From Octopus sinensis (Eukaryota): a stretch of DNA of 64,000 bases. Each line of letters opens with the position of its first letter. Position 1 is the stretch's first letter. The DNA lies in the NCBI RefSeq assembly GCF_006345805.1, contig NC_043006.1:40796001-40860000 (forward strand), given 5' to 3'. Below are positions 1-13,207 of the stretch, in pieces. A program made the translations under genes and the position numbers. Below the pieces are notes generated by a model that saw only the letters and a program-made list of their open reading frames with translations, was not told the origin of the DNA and ran no database searches.

Positions 1-293
1 TTGCCGAACCACTAATATACGGGAACGTAAACGCACCAGCATCGGTTATCAAGCGATGTTGGGGGGATAAACACAGACACACAAACATATACACACACAT
101 ACAAATATATATATATATATATATATATACGACAGGCTTCTTTCAGTTTCCGTCTACCAAATCCACTCGCTAGGCTTTGGTCGGCTCAAGTCTATAGTAA
201 AAGACACTTGCCCAAGGTGCCACGCAGTGGGACTGAACCCGAAACCATGTGGTTGGTAAGCAAGCTACTTACCACACACCTTCTTCTACGCCT
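1..293 (-). mobile_element. tRNA-derived SINE family A (internal TA/CA microsatellite), cut by window edge
   Basis: Reverse complement of the head gtggtaagtagcttgcttaccaaccacatgg..gggttcagtcccactgcgtggcaccttgggcaagtg shared with many copies in the window. Confidence 0.85.
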
Positions 294-932
294 ATTATAT
301 CGAAGTTTAACATTTTATATTAAATTTTTTTCATATTTCTTTATCAGACTTTTATGTCTGGTTCAGAACAATGAAACAATACCGTTCCTTTATAATTTCA
401 AGAATTGCTTGTCTTCATGTTCTGAATGAAATGGTGACATTTATAATAAGCAGCAAAGTATCATAGGAATGATATTACAACTAATAAAATCATCATTGCC
501 GAATTAAGAATCTTCTACGTCTTGAATAAATACATAATGTCATTTATTTCCTATGTAGCCTTGTCTTGATTTTTCTTTTTTTTTGGTTTGTAATTGCCAA
601 ACGAATTTTTTTTAGCAATTTGGCTATTATAATTAGCGGTAGAAATGGCAGAATGGGGATTGAAGCAGTCCTCTAAATGCCAGAGTAGAGACTGTTTAAA
701 ACCTAGAATTAAAAGGGCTGAGGAGGATATTGGGATAGAAACCATTTTAATATTTAGAACAACAGTATCTGAGTTATTAAGATGGTGTATTATTTACCAA
801 ATGGTTGAATGTGCGCACATGAGGTCGCTACTGCATTGTCTTCCTGGTCAACATGCTTAACTCTCAATGACTTTCAATAACTGACAATGGTTATCAAGGC
901 AAGTTACTACTGTCACACTATAGAAAAATCGT

Positions 933-1308
933 GGCACTCCGTCAGTTACGACGACGAGGGTTCCAGTTGATCCGATCAATGGAACAGCCTGCTCGCGAAA
1001 TTAACATGCAAGTGACTGAGCACTCCACAGATACGTATAGCCTTAACGTAGTTCTCGGGGAGATTCAGCGTGACACAGAGTGTGACAAGGCTGGCCCTTT
1101 GAAATACAGGTACAACAGAAACAGGAAGAAAGAGTGGGAGAAAGCTGTGGTGAAGAGTATAGCAGGGTGCGTCACTACCCCTTGCCGGAGCCTTGTGGAG
1201 ATTTATGTGCTTTCGCTCATTAAACACTCACAGCACCTCAGTCTGGGAATCGAAACCGCGATCCTACGACCGCTAGTCCGCTGCCCTAACCACTGGGCCA
1301 TTGCGCCT
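933..1308 (-). mobile_element. tRNA-derived SINE (head H1 + tail T1)
   Basis: A box tggcccagtgg and B box ggtttcgattcc on -; tail acctgtatttcaaagggcc..gagtgcc shared with 11312, 22815, 28013, 46562. Confidence 0.85.
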
Positions 1309-2301
1309 ACACATAGCAAAATAGACATAATGGAAAAGTGTATCGGTTGCAGAAGCTTTCCTGATGAGATGCAACGATGTCGAAATACCGGGTGTCCAAG
1401 AGTCCCAGAATCCCAGAGTCCCTTGCGCTAATGAATCGAGTGTGTTATGGACACACATTCGCCGTAAAAGAGAAATTGGCCTCTTGTGATGAAACACAAC
1501 AACGATTAGTAAGTTCATATTCGAACATGCAAGTCATCATACTTATATGGTCGTTCACGAACTATTTTAAATTTCTTCTCTCGTTCCTCTAAAAAACAAA
1601 ATCAAAATCCCATCCAATACTACACAATGTAGCAATTAGTATTTGTTGGCTCACTAAACTAGTTTATGAATTAAGACATATTAGACTAGAAACATAAGAC
1701 AGCTAAGCATTCAGAAAGCTAGTTTCCTATTTCCAATGTTGAATAGATTTTTTTCTTGTGTTAGAGGAAAAACAAACAAAAGCAAGCAAACAGAAAAAGT
1801 AATAAAAATGAAGGGAAAAAAACAGTAAAAAATCTTATGCGATGCAATAAAATTGTCTACTTTTTATTTTATTTACATATGTTAAATGCTTCTAGCCATT
1901 AATTTGAACAAATTGGCTTTTAATTCAGTCATTTATTTCCTCACTTCTCATTCAAGTGATTTATTTTTTGTTCGTTTTACATTATGCTGTTCGTCCGTTT
2001 TCACTAATTTACTCCGGTTTCACACAAAGCTATATTAGCTTAAATATAGCTTATAATGTAATCACTAGACTTACGAGAGAATATCAGAGATGTTCTGCTG
2101 TTTGGTATCGGTAAGAGTCAATTCAGTAAAAATACATTCATTCTCCGACGAAGGGCCTAGCTCGAAATATTATCGCATATAATAAAAAACATAGTTTTAC
2201 TTTTATACTAGCAAAGTAAAGGCCTCTAAGAATACTAATAAACCGTGAGAATCAAATAAAATAATTAGGTATCATATAATTAGATATATATATATATATG
2301 G

Positions 2302-3101
2302 TAAACAGTACATTAATTCAGACATGGACAAGAACATAAACACCACAGAGCACACAGAACCCATGACGGACATTCGAAGCCCTCATTCATCAGTCAAGAA
2401 CCAGATCATCTTAGCAATTTCGGCTGATTAATCTTGATATTGCTCCGATATGGCCAGCCCGCCAAGGGAAATCTAAGCCAAGCGCATTAGATCCCCTGGA
2501 AGAAAGCTTCGAATGTATACAACGAAAGGACGGAAAACGATCGAAGTACCAAACAAAAATACAGAATACGTGACACAATAAGAATACAAAACGTAAAAAC
2601 AATAACGTAAAAATAAAATAAACAACAAACAAACCAGGACGTATGACAAGGGTCTTTCGACAGGACGATTTGAGTAGGGCTGGCTTGTGAAGTGTGTGCC
2701 TAAAGGCCACGGGACGAACAAATACGTGTTGCTTCTGCGGCTGCTGAAAACGAAAAGAGCGCTCAACAGCGGCTAGCTGTTCAGTGAGAACAAAAGACAG
2801 GAGAAAGGGACAGATGCAAAAGAGAGAAGGTGGACGAGGGAGGAGAAGAAAGAGACAGATCGAGGGGGCTGAGGTGAGAGAGATAGAGAAACGTAGAAGG
2901 GGGGGACCGGATGGAAGGGAAAGAGAGGAAGTGGCATACGGAGGATAGAGAGCGAGCGAAAAAGAACAGATTAATAGTCCGTATCAAAGCTAGAGAAAAA
3001 ATATACTTATCGTATAAGACAATTGTGGATACGTACCGCGATATATAGTTAAACAGTAAATTAATAACAGACATGGACAAGACATGAAACACACCACAGA
3101 G
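2302..3101. mobile_element. Non-coding element bounded by ~50-bp direct repeats (possibly Penelope-derived)
   Basis: taaacagta(c/a)attaat..cagacatggacaag..caccacagag at 2302-2350 and 3050-3101. Confidence 0.45.
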
Positions 3102-3127
3102 ACGACAAGTACACCACACATACATAT

Positions 3128-3547
<420 letters not shown>

Positions 3548-3582
3548 CTACTTGAGGCTCTATGTTATGTTCTACAAGCACA

Positions 3583-3795
3583 TATATTGCTAGAAATAAG
3601 AGCTAAACCACTTATAGCTGCACAAAAGCACATTTATATATACTAACAGAGGAGATAAGTGTGGAGGCGCATGACGCTGTGCAGACCAGTGCTCTAGCTT
3701 TGTTTCACTCATGAGACAGTTATCTATCCTGTCAGTATATATGAATGGACTTTTGTGCAGCTATAAAGGGTTTGACTCTTATTTCTAGCAATATA
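3583..3795. mobile_element. MITE-like fold-back element
   Basis: ~75-bp imperfect inverted arms 3583-3658 / 3720-3795 (tatattgctagaaataagag..ctcttatttctagcaatata). Confidence 0.7.
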
Positions 3796-4490
3796 GGCAG
3801 TTGTGGACCATACAGTCACAATTAGTGACGACTAAATTTATATATATGTGTGTGTGTATGTGTGTGTGTGTGTGTGTGAGTGTGTGTGTGTGTGCGTGTG
3901 TGTGTGTGTATGTGTGTGTGTGTTGTGTGTGTGTGCGGGCATGTTTGCGTGTATGAGTGTGTGTGTATATTAATCTGTGAAGTTAGGGCCATGAGTTTAT
4001 CAACGATACTTAAAATTCGAGACATCAAGTTTATTAGAAAGTTCTTTTCCGCATACAGTGTCATACATAGGGGCTGCTGTAACCTTCATTTCAAAAGATC
4101 TAGCACTCAGTAAAAGAAAAGTGTATAGGATTTATATAACATATAATTAAGCAGAGTTTAAAGACATTACAGTCAGTCAGATGGAGCTCCTAGCTACTTC
4201 TGTTGTTGTTGTTGTTGTTGTTGTTAGATAAAATGATCTTCTAGAACAATTTTGTTAGGCGAGCTCTCTGACACTTAATCGTAAGATCTTAGAGATAAAA
4301 TAGATACTATTAAATACATTTAAATTTATGTTTCTACTATTCTTTAATACGTTTCAGCTCAAATGTTGTGGCCATGCTCGAACACCATGGCTAACAATAT
4401 TAAGTGAATATATAGTTAAAATATGGGAAAACTGACATCTATGTTGCAATAAGAGCTGTGTTCCTCTCTGAGCACATCCAGCCCTCAACG

Positions 4491-4782
4491 AGGAGTGGCT
4501 GTGTGGATAGGCGCAGGGGTGGCTGTGTGCATAGGCGCAGCGGTGGCTGTGTGCATAGGCGCAGGAGTGGCTGTGTGGTAAGTAGCCTGCTTACCAACCA
4601 CATGGTTCTGGTTTCAGTCCCACTGCGTGGCACTTTGGGTAAGTGTCTTCTACTATAGCCTCGGGCCGCCCACCAAAGCCTTGTGAGTGGATTTGGTAGA
4701 CAGAAACTGAAAGAAGTCCGTCGTATGTATGTATATATATATATGTGTGTGTGTGCGTGTGCATGTGTGCGTGTGTGTATGT

Positions 4783-4822
<40 letters not shown>

Positions 4823-4845
4823 TGTGTCTGTGTTTGTTCCCCCAC
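4491..4845 (+). mobile_element. SINE family A preceded by three 24-bp copies of its own 5' end
   Basis: Units at 4491, 4515, 4539 (aggagtggctgtgtg(g/c)ataggcgc), then the true head at 4563. Confidence 0.85.
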
Positions 4846-5429
4846 AATTTTGGTATTTGTAGTAAATCTGGCTTAATTTATATTAAGTACCAGTTTACCC
4901 GATGAACTATATCAACAGTTCATATGCACTTGATTCCCCAGGAGAAAAATATTTCAGAGGGCCAACAGTTCTGTGGCCACGGGTAGCATTAAGACGAAGA
5001 TGATCGAGGTATTTCCACCAATAAAATTCACGGAGCTGTTTGCAAATTATTTTGAGCATCAAGAAATGCCGTTACTGATGCACCATCTTGTCTGCAAACT
5101 TACTCTTATAAATCTAAAGAACAAATTTAACGACATATGCAGAGTGTAGCTGCAAATAACAGAAGAGAAAATCTTGATGCAGTTATTTCCCGTACTCTCT
5201 ACTCTGCTAAAGTTTCGGCTGACAACACTTATTTGCAATCATTCCGGTCTGTTCAGGAACAAATTGATATTGGCACAATATCAGAAAATATTTCTATCGG
5301 ATTACAAACTGACAAAAGGCCAGATGGCAAATACTCCAAACTTAAAAGGTACAACTTAGCTACGTGCAATTTTGCTGTATTGATATCTAATAATGATGAA
5401 AAAAAAGCCCCTCAAACTGATAGAATATT

Positions 5430-5797
5430 CACATTATTTACATTTGACGGATATTTGTCCTCATCTTGTTTGTTGTTAACACTTCGGCTGATGTACTCTC
5501 CAGCCTTCAGCAGGTGTCTTGGAGAGACTTCGAACCTGGTTTCTCATTCCTAAAGTATTTTTCTATGTTATTGGTATTCAGATCACTGCTTGGAATCGAA
5601 CTCGGAATTTTGGGGTTAGTAGCCCGTGCTCTTAACCACTACGCCATATGCCCGTGGGCAATTATGGGGGTGAATCTTATGGCTTATAAATCTAATATTT
5701 TCCTATCCTTCCTTAATACCATCTTATCCATCATTAATCCGTCGAATGTAAATGACGTAAATAATGTGCATAATACCTCATCTCTTAAATATAGAAC
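5430..5797 (-). mobile_element. tRNA-headed, hammerhead-like-motif-bearing small retroelement with inverted tail copy
   Basis: tRNA-like 5653-5581; hammerhead-like 5516-5480; tail 5451-5430 is inverted relative to 5738-5769; homologous to 34039-34228. Confidence 0.65.
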
Positions 5798-6670
5798 AGT
5801 ATGATAGAATATTGGTTGACATGTTCCGAGCAGAAAAAAAGAATCAGTATCGTCTTCAAGTGTTTAGCAATTCTCATGAAGTCTACAAACCCATTATTTA
5901 TTCATGTTGTTATTTTCCTTGTGGAAAATAACAACATGAAGGATGGCATCACAATAAACCAAAATTAAAATGTGACGTTTTCAATTTTATTGTTTTCGGA
6001 TAATGAAACTGCTGAATCGGATAATACATTGCACCAAAGACACGGTCTATTTCCAACAATTTTATGTAGACCAATGTCCAGTCTGCAAGCTTGTAGTATA
6101 TTTGAAACAAGGAACATGTTCTAAGAGTAAATTTGTATATTTGCCAGGCAGATGCGGTCATTGCAGACGATGTTGACAGGATTGGAAGGCAATGCATTTT
6201 TTGAATCACATCAGGAGCAGTCCGAGATATGTGGCAAGGTACTATCATGATGCGACGGCTAACGTAAGGAATTTGGATAAACCAATGATATTTGTGATGT
6301 TTACTTGCAATTTAAAGAGAAAAAAATTACAAGAGAATTTAATGCAAATCAAACCGTCATAGATTGTCTCAGACCAGAGTGTTTGCATAAATGCTTGCAA
6401 AGGATTGGACTCCGCTAAAGTTACCCCACGGAGTTTAGGCGAGCGCTGGATTAAATAAGGGAACAGTCTCTACGGTAATGTTTTCACATAATTTCCGTCA
6501 GCAAAATTTCCCTCATAAGGATTTGGTTGGTCTGTAGATGTGGTAGAAACTTGTACTAAGATGCAGTGCACTTGCAATGAGACTGAGCTCAAAACATCAA
6601 CCACACAGCAATGTCTCTTCTCAGATAGACAAATATATATATATATTATATATATATATAATATATATAT

Positions 6671-6719
<49 letters not shown>

Positions 6720-7030
6720 TAGAAAGTGTGAACGGATGTCTGTAAAAGGAAGGACATATGTGTATGTTGTATCTTTGTATTAGCGTCTCAAAGGAGATAA
6801 CATTTATTTCCCCTGTGTTTGAAATAAATCGTATAAAGGATCAGATTTCTGCATTTTCTGCTTGATTATTATAAATTGCTGGAATCCACCGTTTGGAGAT
6901 TAGGCTTATTTATTTCAGGGAGATTCTAATTCTGATACGGTTACCTAATGACTTGGAATCGGAACCGAGAAACGAAATCAACTCTACGGGTGCACATTTC
7001 TAATTATAAGATGCTCTTCAATATATACAC

Positions 7031-7101
<71 letters not shown>

Positions 7102-7161
7102 GTGTGTATATATATATATATAGATATATATATATATAATATATAATATATATTATGTATA

Positions 7162-7193
<32 letters not shown>

Positions 7194-7197
7194 ATAT

Positions 7198-7241
<44 letters not shown>

Positions 7242-8064
7242 TACATATATATATACGTATATACATCTATTCATCTATCTATTAATACATACATGCACAT
7301 ATCTATTCACGCACAGTACGTTGCTGCTGTTTAACCCCACTTAACCCTAGTCGAGCAGAGTCAAGATCTAAAATCCAGCTGTGACCTCCCCGCCTTTTTA
7401 GAGATATACAGGGCTAAATTATACGCGATATCTTTCCTTGTTTAAAACCGTAGGATATCATTCGAAGGAGACTGGTTGCCAATTCCAGCAAGTCAAGCGA
7501 TTATTTAGAGTTTCCCTCGTGGATTCGTTACACATATTCGTTACACATATTCGTTCGAATATGTATCTAATGCAGTGCTCAGCAACCGGTATGCCGCGGC
7601 ACAATGGTGTTCCACGATTCGATGCTAGGTGTATCGCAGTGTAACCTAAATATAAATTTTTTTCCTATACTTTCAATTATATTTTTAGTTCAGTTGTGCC
7701 GCCGAATTTTGAAAAGAATAGAAGTGTACTGCAAGTGAAAAAATGGTTGCGGAGCACTGATCTAAGGGATGACTGCTTTAGAGTGAAATTAAATTGTCAG
7801 CTGAAAAATCTTAGCAATGAATTTTCGATTTCATTTAGAATTATTTTCTGTCATTTATGTCACTTATGCTATTGTAGAAGTTACGAACGTCATATATTCT
7901 CATCTTATTTTTCCCATTTCGTATGCGAGCAACAATCTTTGTACCTCGTTTAAATGTTATATTTTATACAAACTTGTTAGCAGTTCAAATATGCTTGAGG
8001 TGTATTTGAACCTATAAGAAATCCATTCACTGTATCTTGTGATGGAGATAAATAGGTGTAAATA

Positions 8065-8700
8065 CGAAGGGAAATCAAAAATTATCCGCACTTTCACCAT
8101 AACACCTTTATTATTGTCACACTGCCTTCTGTCATGCGTGCTTATAGTTGGTATTATTGTGGTCATGTGATCGAAGTTTGAACTTGATTGCGCCATTTTT
8201 CTTTCTTGTTTTACAGTGTAAGCATGGCTGCTCCACTAGCAATGTGCTCCAAATAAGAACAAAGAGCAGTGATCTAATTTCTCTGGTTGGAAGATGTGTC
8301 AGGAGCTTAAATTCATTGGAGGTTTTTAGCACAATACGGGGGACAGTGCACTACACGTAGAAGTGTGTATGAGAGGATCGAGAAGTTTAAAGGTGGCCAG
8401 ACAAAAGTGACTCGTGAAGAGGGAGCGTGACGCCCGTCAACCTCTACCACTGATGAGAAGATTCAGCAAGCTCGAAAGATGGCAATGGTGAACCGGTTCA
8501 CTATTACCATCTCTCGGATCACTGCTCTTTGTACTTCTTTGGAGCACATTGTTAGTGGAGCAGCCATGCTTACATTGTAAAACCAGAAAGAAAAATGGCC
8601 GCAATCATATTCAAACTTCGACCACGTGACCACAATAGTACCAGCTATAAGCACGTATACACAGATGGCCAAAGTGCGGATAATTTTTGACTTCCTCTCG
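8065..8700. mobile_element. Mariner-derived fold-back element
   Basis: TA|cgaaggga..cttcctctcg|TA; ~200-bp inverted arms; interior encodes a broken transposase N-terminus (EQRAVI..RSVYERIEKFKGG..RPSTSTT). Confidence 0.85.
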
Positions 8701-10049
8701 TACATCGAATCAGTTCACAGCGCTCCCTAGTCAGATTGCTGGACGCATGCATTTCGGAGTGGTTATATTTTATATGTTTTGCTGCTCTCCAATAAAACAA
8801 GTCGAACGAATTAATTTTTGGATTTCTAAAGTCTCAATGGCACATCTATGATATTTTATATTTTCATTGGGTTGTCAGATAAATTCGTTCGTTTTTCTTC
8901 CATTTATCCTTTCCAATGTAACTTGAATTAGCACAAAAAATATTTTATAGTTTTATAGTTTTTGTTTGTAACTCTATTCTTGTCTATCGCTTTTGAAATG
9001 TGAATGAATTTTATCTCTTTTCAGGCATGTGACGATGCAGTACCAAGTAGGAGAGAGAGAGAGAGAAAAAAAAAACCCCTTCAAACTGATAATTTATTTG
9101 AAAACCCAGTAGAAAGGTTATGCTGTTGTGAAGTTCATGCCTTTCTCAAAAGCATGAATTACATAAACTGAAATAGTTCCAGAGAAGATCATGGACTCGG
9201 TTTGTTCAGATTTTAATGTCACTATGAGTACTGACAACCTTTTTTAACGATAATAAATTGTTTAGCTCCTATTCAGAAATGTTCAAGCGGATGTGACGTC
9301 ATCTGTCGAGGGGGCACGTCAGTTTATTCAGAGTGCTGAATATTTTCCTTGACCTTTTTTTATAGTAAGACCCCAGTTCTTTTCCTTCTTTACAATTTGC
9401 AGCCCCCTCTCTGTATGATTTCCCGTTCAAACCAGCTGTTTTTAGAATAAAGAGTCTTCACTATCATCCCTTACCCTATCCTATCGTATCATCTCGCAAT
9501 AAAAACATCCAAGCTTGTTTCTTTTCTCATGACACATGATCTGTAAAGAAATGTTCTGGGTCTTAAGTCTAACCTTTTCATACAAGCTGACAATTAATTA
9601 TAGATTATTGATGTCTCTATTTGTTTATGTGAAGGGCAAGACTTAACATAGGTTTTCTAGTATCTAGCAGGAACTGTTGTCAAGAGATAAGCTGTCAGTG
9701 AACGGAGCCCGTGACCCTGTTTCCCATTTTTGGTTGTAGACAGTGCACATTACTTATTTTGTTAATACTATTGTAATATTGTAAAGAGAAATACACGAAT
9801 GTTACAAAATTGCTTTATGAATCTTAAATCTGTGCTTATTTTCAACGGGGAAGTAGTGGAAAGATTTATTAAAAAATAAGAAACGACAAAAGAAAAACAA
9901 AATTTTGAGATGTCCAAGCTTTTCCTAATGCCATTTGAGGTGTAGGTAAAGTGAACTACCAAGAACCAAGTGCTGAAAACTAAATTCCGGGTTTCATTTA
10001 CTGATATGACACAAAAAAAGGAAAAAAAAAAAAACAAGATTTACAAGAG

Positions 10050-10325
10050 CAGGCAAACTCGTGTGGTTAAGAAGCTTCGCAAACACTAGATTCCAGGTTC
10101 GATCCAACTGCGTGGCACCTTGGGTAAGCGCCTTTTACTGTAAGCTCAGGTTGATCAATATTTTGCGAGTAAAGGGCGGTGAGCTGGTAAGGTCGTTAGC
10201 ACGCCGGACAAAATGTTTAGCGGCATTTCATCCGTCTTAACATTTTGAGTTCAAATGTCGCCGATAATTTTCTTACCCTTCCCTCCCTCCCTAATTGCTG
10301 GCCTTCTGTCATAATTTGGAACCAA
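10050..10325 (+). mobile_element. Degenerate SINE A head followed by SINE C fragment
   Basis: ctgcgtggcaccttgggtaag; gcggtgagctgg..gttagcacgccggac..ttgagttcaaat. Confidence 0.6.
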
Positions 10326-10543
10326 TGTTTTGTGAGTGAAATTTTCAACGAGCGGAATCAGTGCAGAAGACCATCGGACATACGTGAACACACACACACA
10401 CACACGCACGCACTGACAGACACAACACGTGCACACACGCACACATACACACGTACACACGCACTCTCTCTCACACACACACAGAAACACATGCACACAC
10501 ACGTACACACATACACACAAACACACACGTACACACATAGACA

Positions 10544-10592
<49 letters not shown>

Positions 10593-11311
10593 TTCCATAG
10601 AATTTTTTCTAGTCCTCTTCTTGTTGTTGCTGCACTGGTTTCTCATGTTTTGCTTCGTTGTTGACAGAATAATTTTAGACTAGCTTAGAACTTTTTGTTC
10701 AAAAAATCCTTTTCTCTCATTCTTTCCGATTTAGCGACTTTCATATTTTCTTCAATATCGGAAAAATTCATTTTCCGTACGCTAACATTTTTGTTGCATT
10801 TCTGTCCCTCCTACCCCACCTCTCTCTTTCTCTTTCCAGCTGTGTCATTTTATTAGTGATATAAGCTAACACACCGGACAAAAAAGTTCTTTAGCGGCAT
10901 TTCTTCCGGCTTTATGTTTTGAGTTCAAATTCCACAGAGATCGAATTTGCCCTTCGTTCTTTCAGAGTCAATAAAACAATTACTAATTGAGCACTGGGAT
11001 CCATGAAATCATCTAAACCTCTCCCCTAAAATTGCTGGTCGTCGGCCAAAATTTGAGACCATTATCGATTTAAAGAAATATTGACAAATTTTATTCTTTT
11101 ACTTTCCTTTATTTTCTTTTTGTTGTTTTGATATTCGAAAATGTGTAGCTTTGAAGAATATAATTTTTTTTACTCTGGAACTACACTGCTGCTTTTATAG
11201 TATTTCGTTTGAACAGTTTATGTTCATGTTTGTGCAATTTTATTAAACCCGTGATGGTCACGTTCACGTCGTTTATTACTGTTACTATCTTATCAATGAA
11301 TTTTGGTAAAA

Positions 11312-11790
11312 GTGGCTTAGTGGTTAGAGGTATTCGGCTCACGATTGCAAGGTCGTGAGCCCAGTTCTTGGCGGCGCCTTGTGTCCTTGAGCAAGGCACT
11401 TTATTTCACGTTGCTCCAGTCAACTCATCTGGAACAAAAAGAAATGAGTTCTACCTGTATTTCAAAGGGCCAGCTTGTCGCACTCTGTGTCATGCCGAAT
11501 CTCCCTGAGAACTACGTTAAGGGTACACGTGTCTGTGGAGTACTCAGCCACTTGCACGTTAATTTCACGAGCAGGCTGTTGCGTTAATCTGACCAACAAC
11601 AATCCTTATCGTCCTAACCGACGGAGCACGCCGGGCTAAATGCTCGGCGGCATTTTGTCCGTCTGTACGTTCTGAGTGCAAATTCCCCCGAGTTCGATTT
11701 TGCATTTCATTCTTTCGGGATCAATATAATCGTCTACTCCCCTCCCCCAAACTTTCAGGCCTTGTGCATATAGTAGAAAGGTTTATTATT
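11312..11790 (+). mobile_element. SINE family B (head H2 + tail T1) fused to a SINE C fragment
   Basis: gtggcttagtggttag..gtgtccttgagcaaggcacttta..gacggagcacg, then ccgggc..ttctgagt.. Confidence 0.8.
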
Positions 11791-11794
11791 ATTA

Positions 11795-11836
<42 letters not shown>

Positions 11837-13207
11837 ATCATCATCATCATTGAGTTTCATTCTTGAGAATTAATGTAAATTCACTGAAAACTGTCATTTT
11901 GGATCCACTGGTGTGAAATTCCTTTCAAGCCTTACTGCGCCGGAATCAGGTATACTCGGATCAATGCATGTGCACTTGATACGCAGGATCCGAGTTAACT
12001 CGTTTTTGAGAGTGGGGTCACTTTAGGGAATTCCTCACATTTCATACGCACATTTTATTTTTACTAGCCAATAGAAAGAGTTTACTGGAACTAATTTGCA
12101 TGTGATTAACTCGTTACATCACCGGCAAAAAATCTTTAATCAGCACAAGGAGAGTTAATATTATCTAATAATGCTACCTAGGATCTCTAGTAAGTGTAGT
12201 TGAGTCTCGTATAATTATTTTTAGATAGAAATAAGAAGAAATTTTTCAAGCATCTCATCTAAACGCGAATATTCCCAAGGCGATGATAAGGTAATCCCTC
12301 CTCAAAAAGCCCTCCCCCCCCACATAAACAATAACATAAAACGAAATTTTAGGTAGAAACTACATGGAATAAAGTTGGAGAGGAATCTTACAGTGAAAGA
12401 AGCTTTATAAAAGAGGGAAGAATGCAGTGTTTACAGTAAGGCAAATAAAAAGACAAAAAAGAAAATGGAGCAAATGTCATTTCAGGTTTTGGGTTTAAAT
12501 CCTGAGTGAATTGTTACAGGTGAAGCATAGTTGTGTGAAAAGTCGTTAAATAAGGTGAATAATAAAGAAAAACAATAGAATTTAAGAAAATTCGTCATAG
12601 TTTGCGTTAGCGAAAAATGCTAAGATTAAAAAAATCTGGGTAAGATCTTATGGTGTGAGAAATGATGCTTGTTCGAATCGTCAGAACACACTAATGTTAG
12701 TAACATATGCCTTTATAATATGAAGTTTAGCGATTGAGATACTAGTTTTGTTCCTTTGCTGTTAACTGTTCTTAACCTAGTTTTAAATGCTGAAGTCTAC
12801 CGAAATATTTTATCATACGATAAATACACAGTTATTGTTTTGAGCTGAGTTGGAGTGCTAGATTCCCTTGTTCGAAAATATAAGGACACAGATCGTGTCG
12901 TATAGCCAGCTGGAGACGATATCTCCTGGGGCTAAATTACAGCATCATTAGTCCTAAACTAGGACTACAATGTTATGTTGGCAAAAATATCTTTACTATA
13001 TCGACCCAAGTGCTTATTTTTTATGTCTGATACTTATTTTTATCGCCCTTTCTATCTCTATCACCCTGTGCTCTTTTGCCAAACTGCTAGGATACAGGAA
13101 CACAAACAAATCAACACTAGTTGTTATGCAGAGGTGGTTGTAGTGGAACACACCCAAAACATAAACATACTCGCTCACAGCACATTCGATGGGTTTCCAC
13201 ACAATTT

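Noticed and set aside
5581-5653. Genuine tRNA-Ser gene (also 34156-34228)
   Set aside because: Acceptor and T stems pair poorly and both copies sit in the same repeat context; treated as tRNA-derived heads.
4960-6400. Possible decayed hAT transposase around the 5430 element
   Set aside because: Only vague motif resemblance across several frames; not supportable.
9025-9046. Strong-looking acceptor with a possible 22-bp microexon; similar weak candidates near 26740, 31011 and 32415 as RTK 5' exons
   Set aside because: No recognisable domain, weak donors or in-frame stops; needs transcript data.
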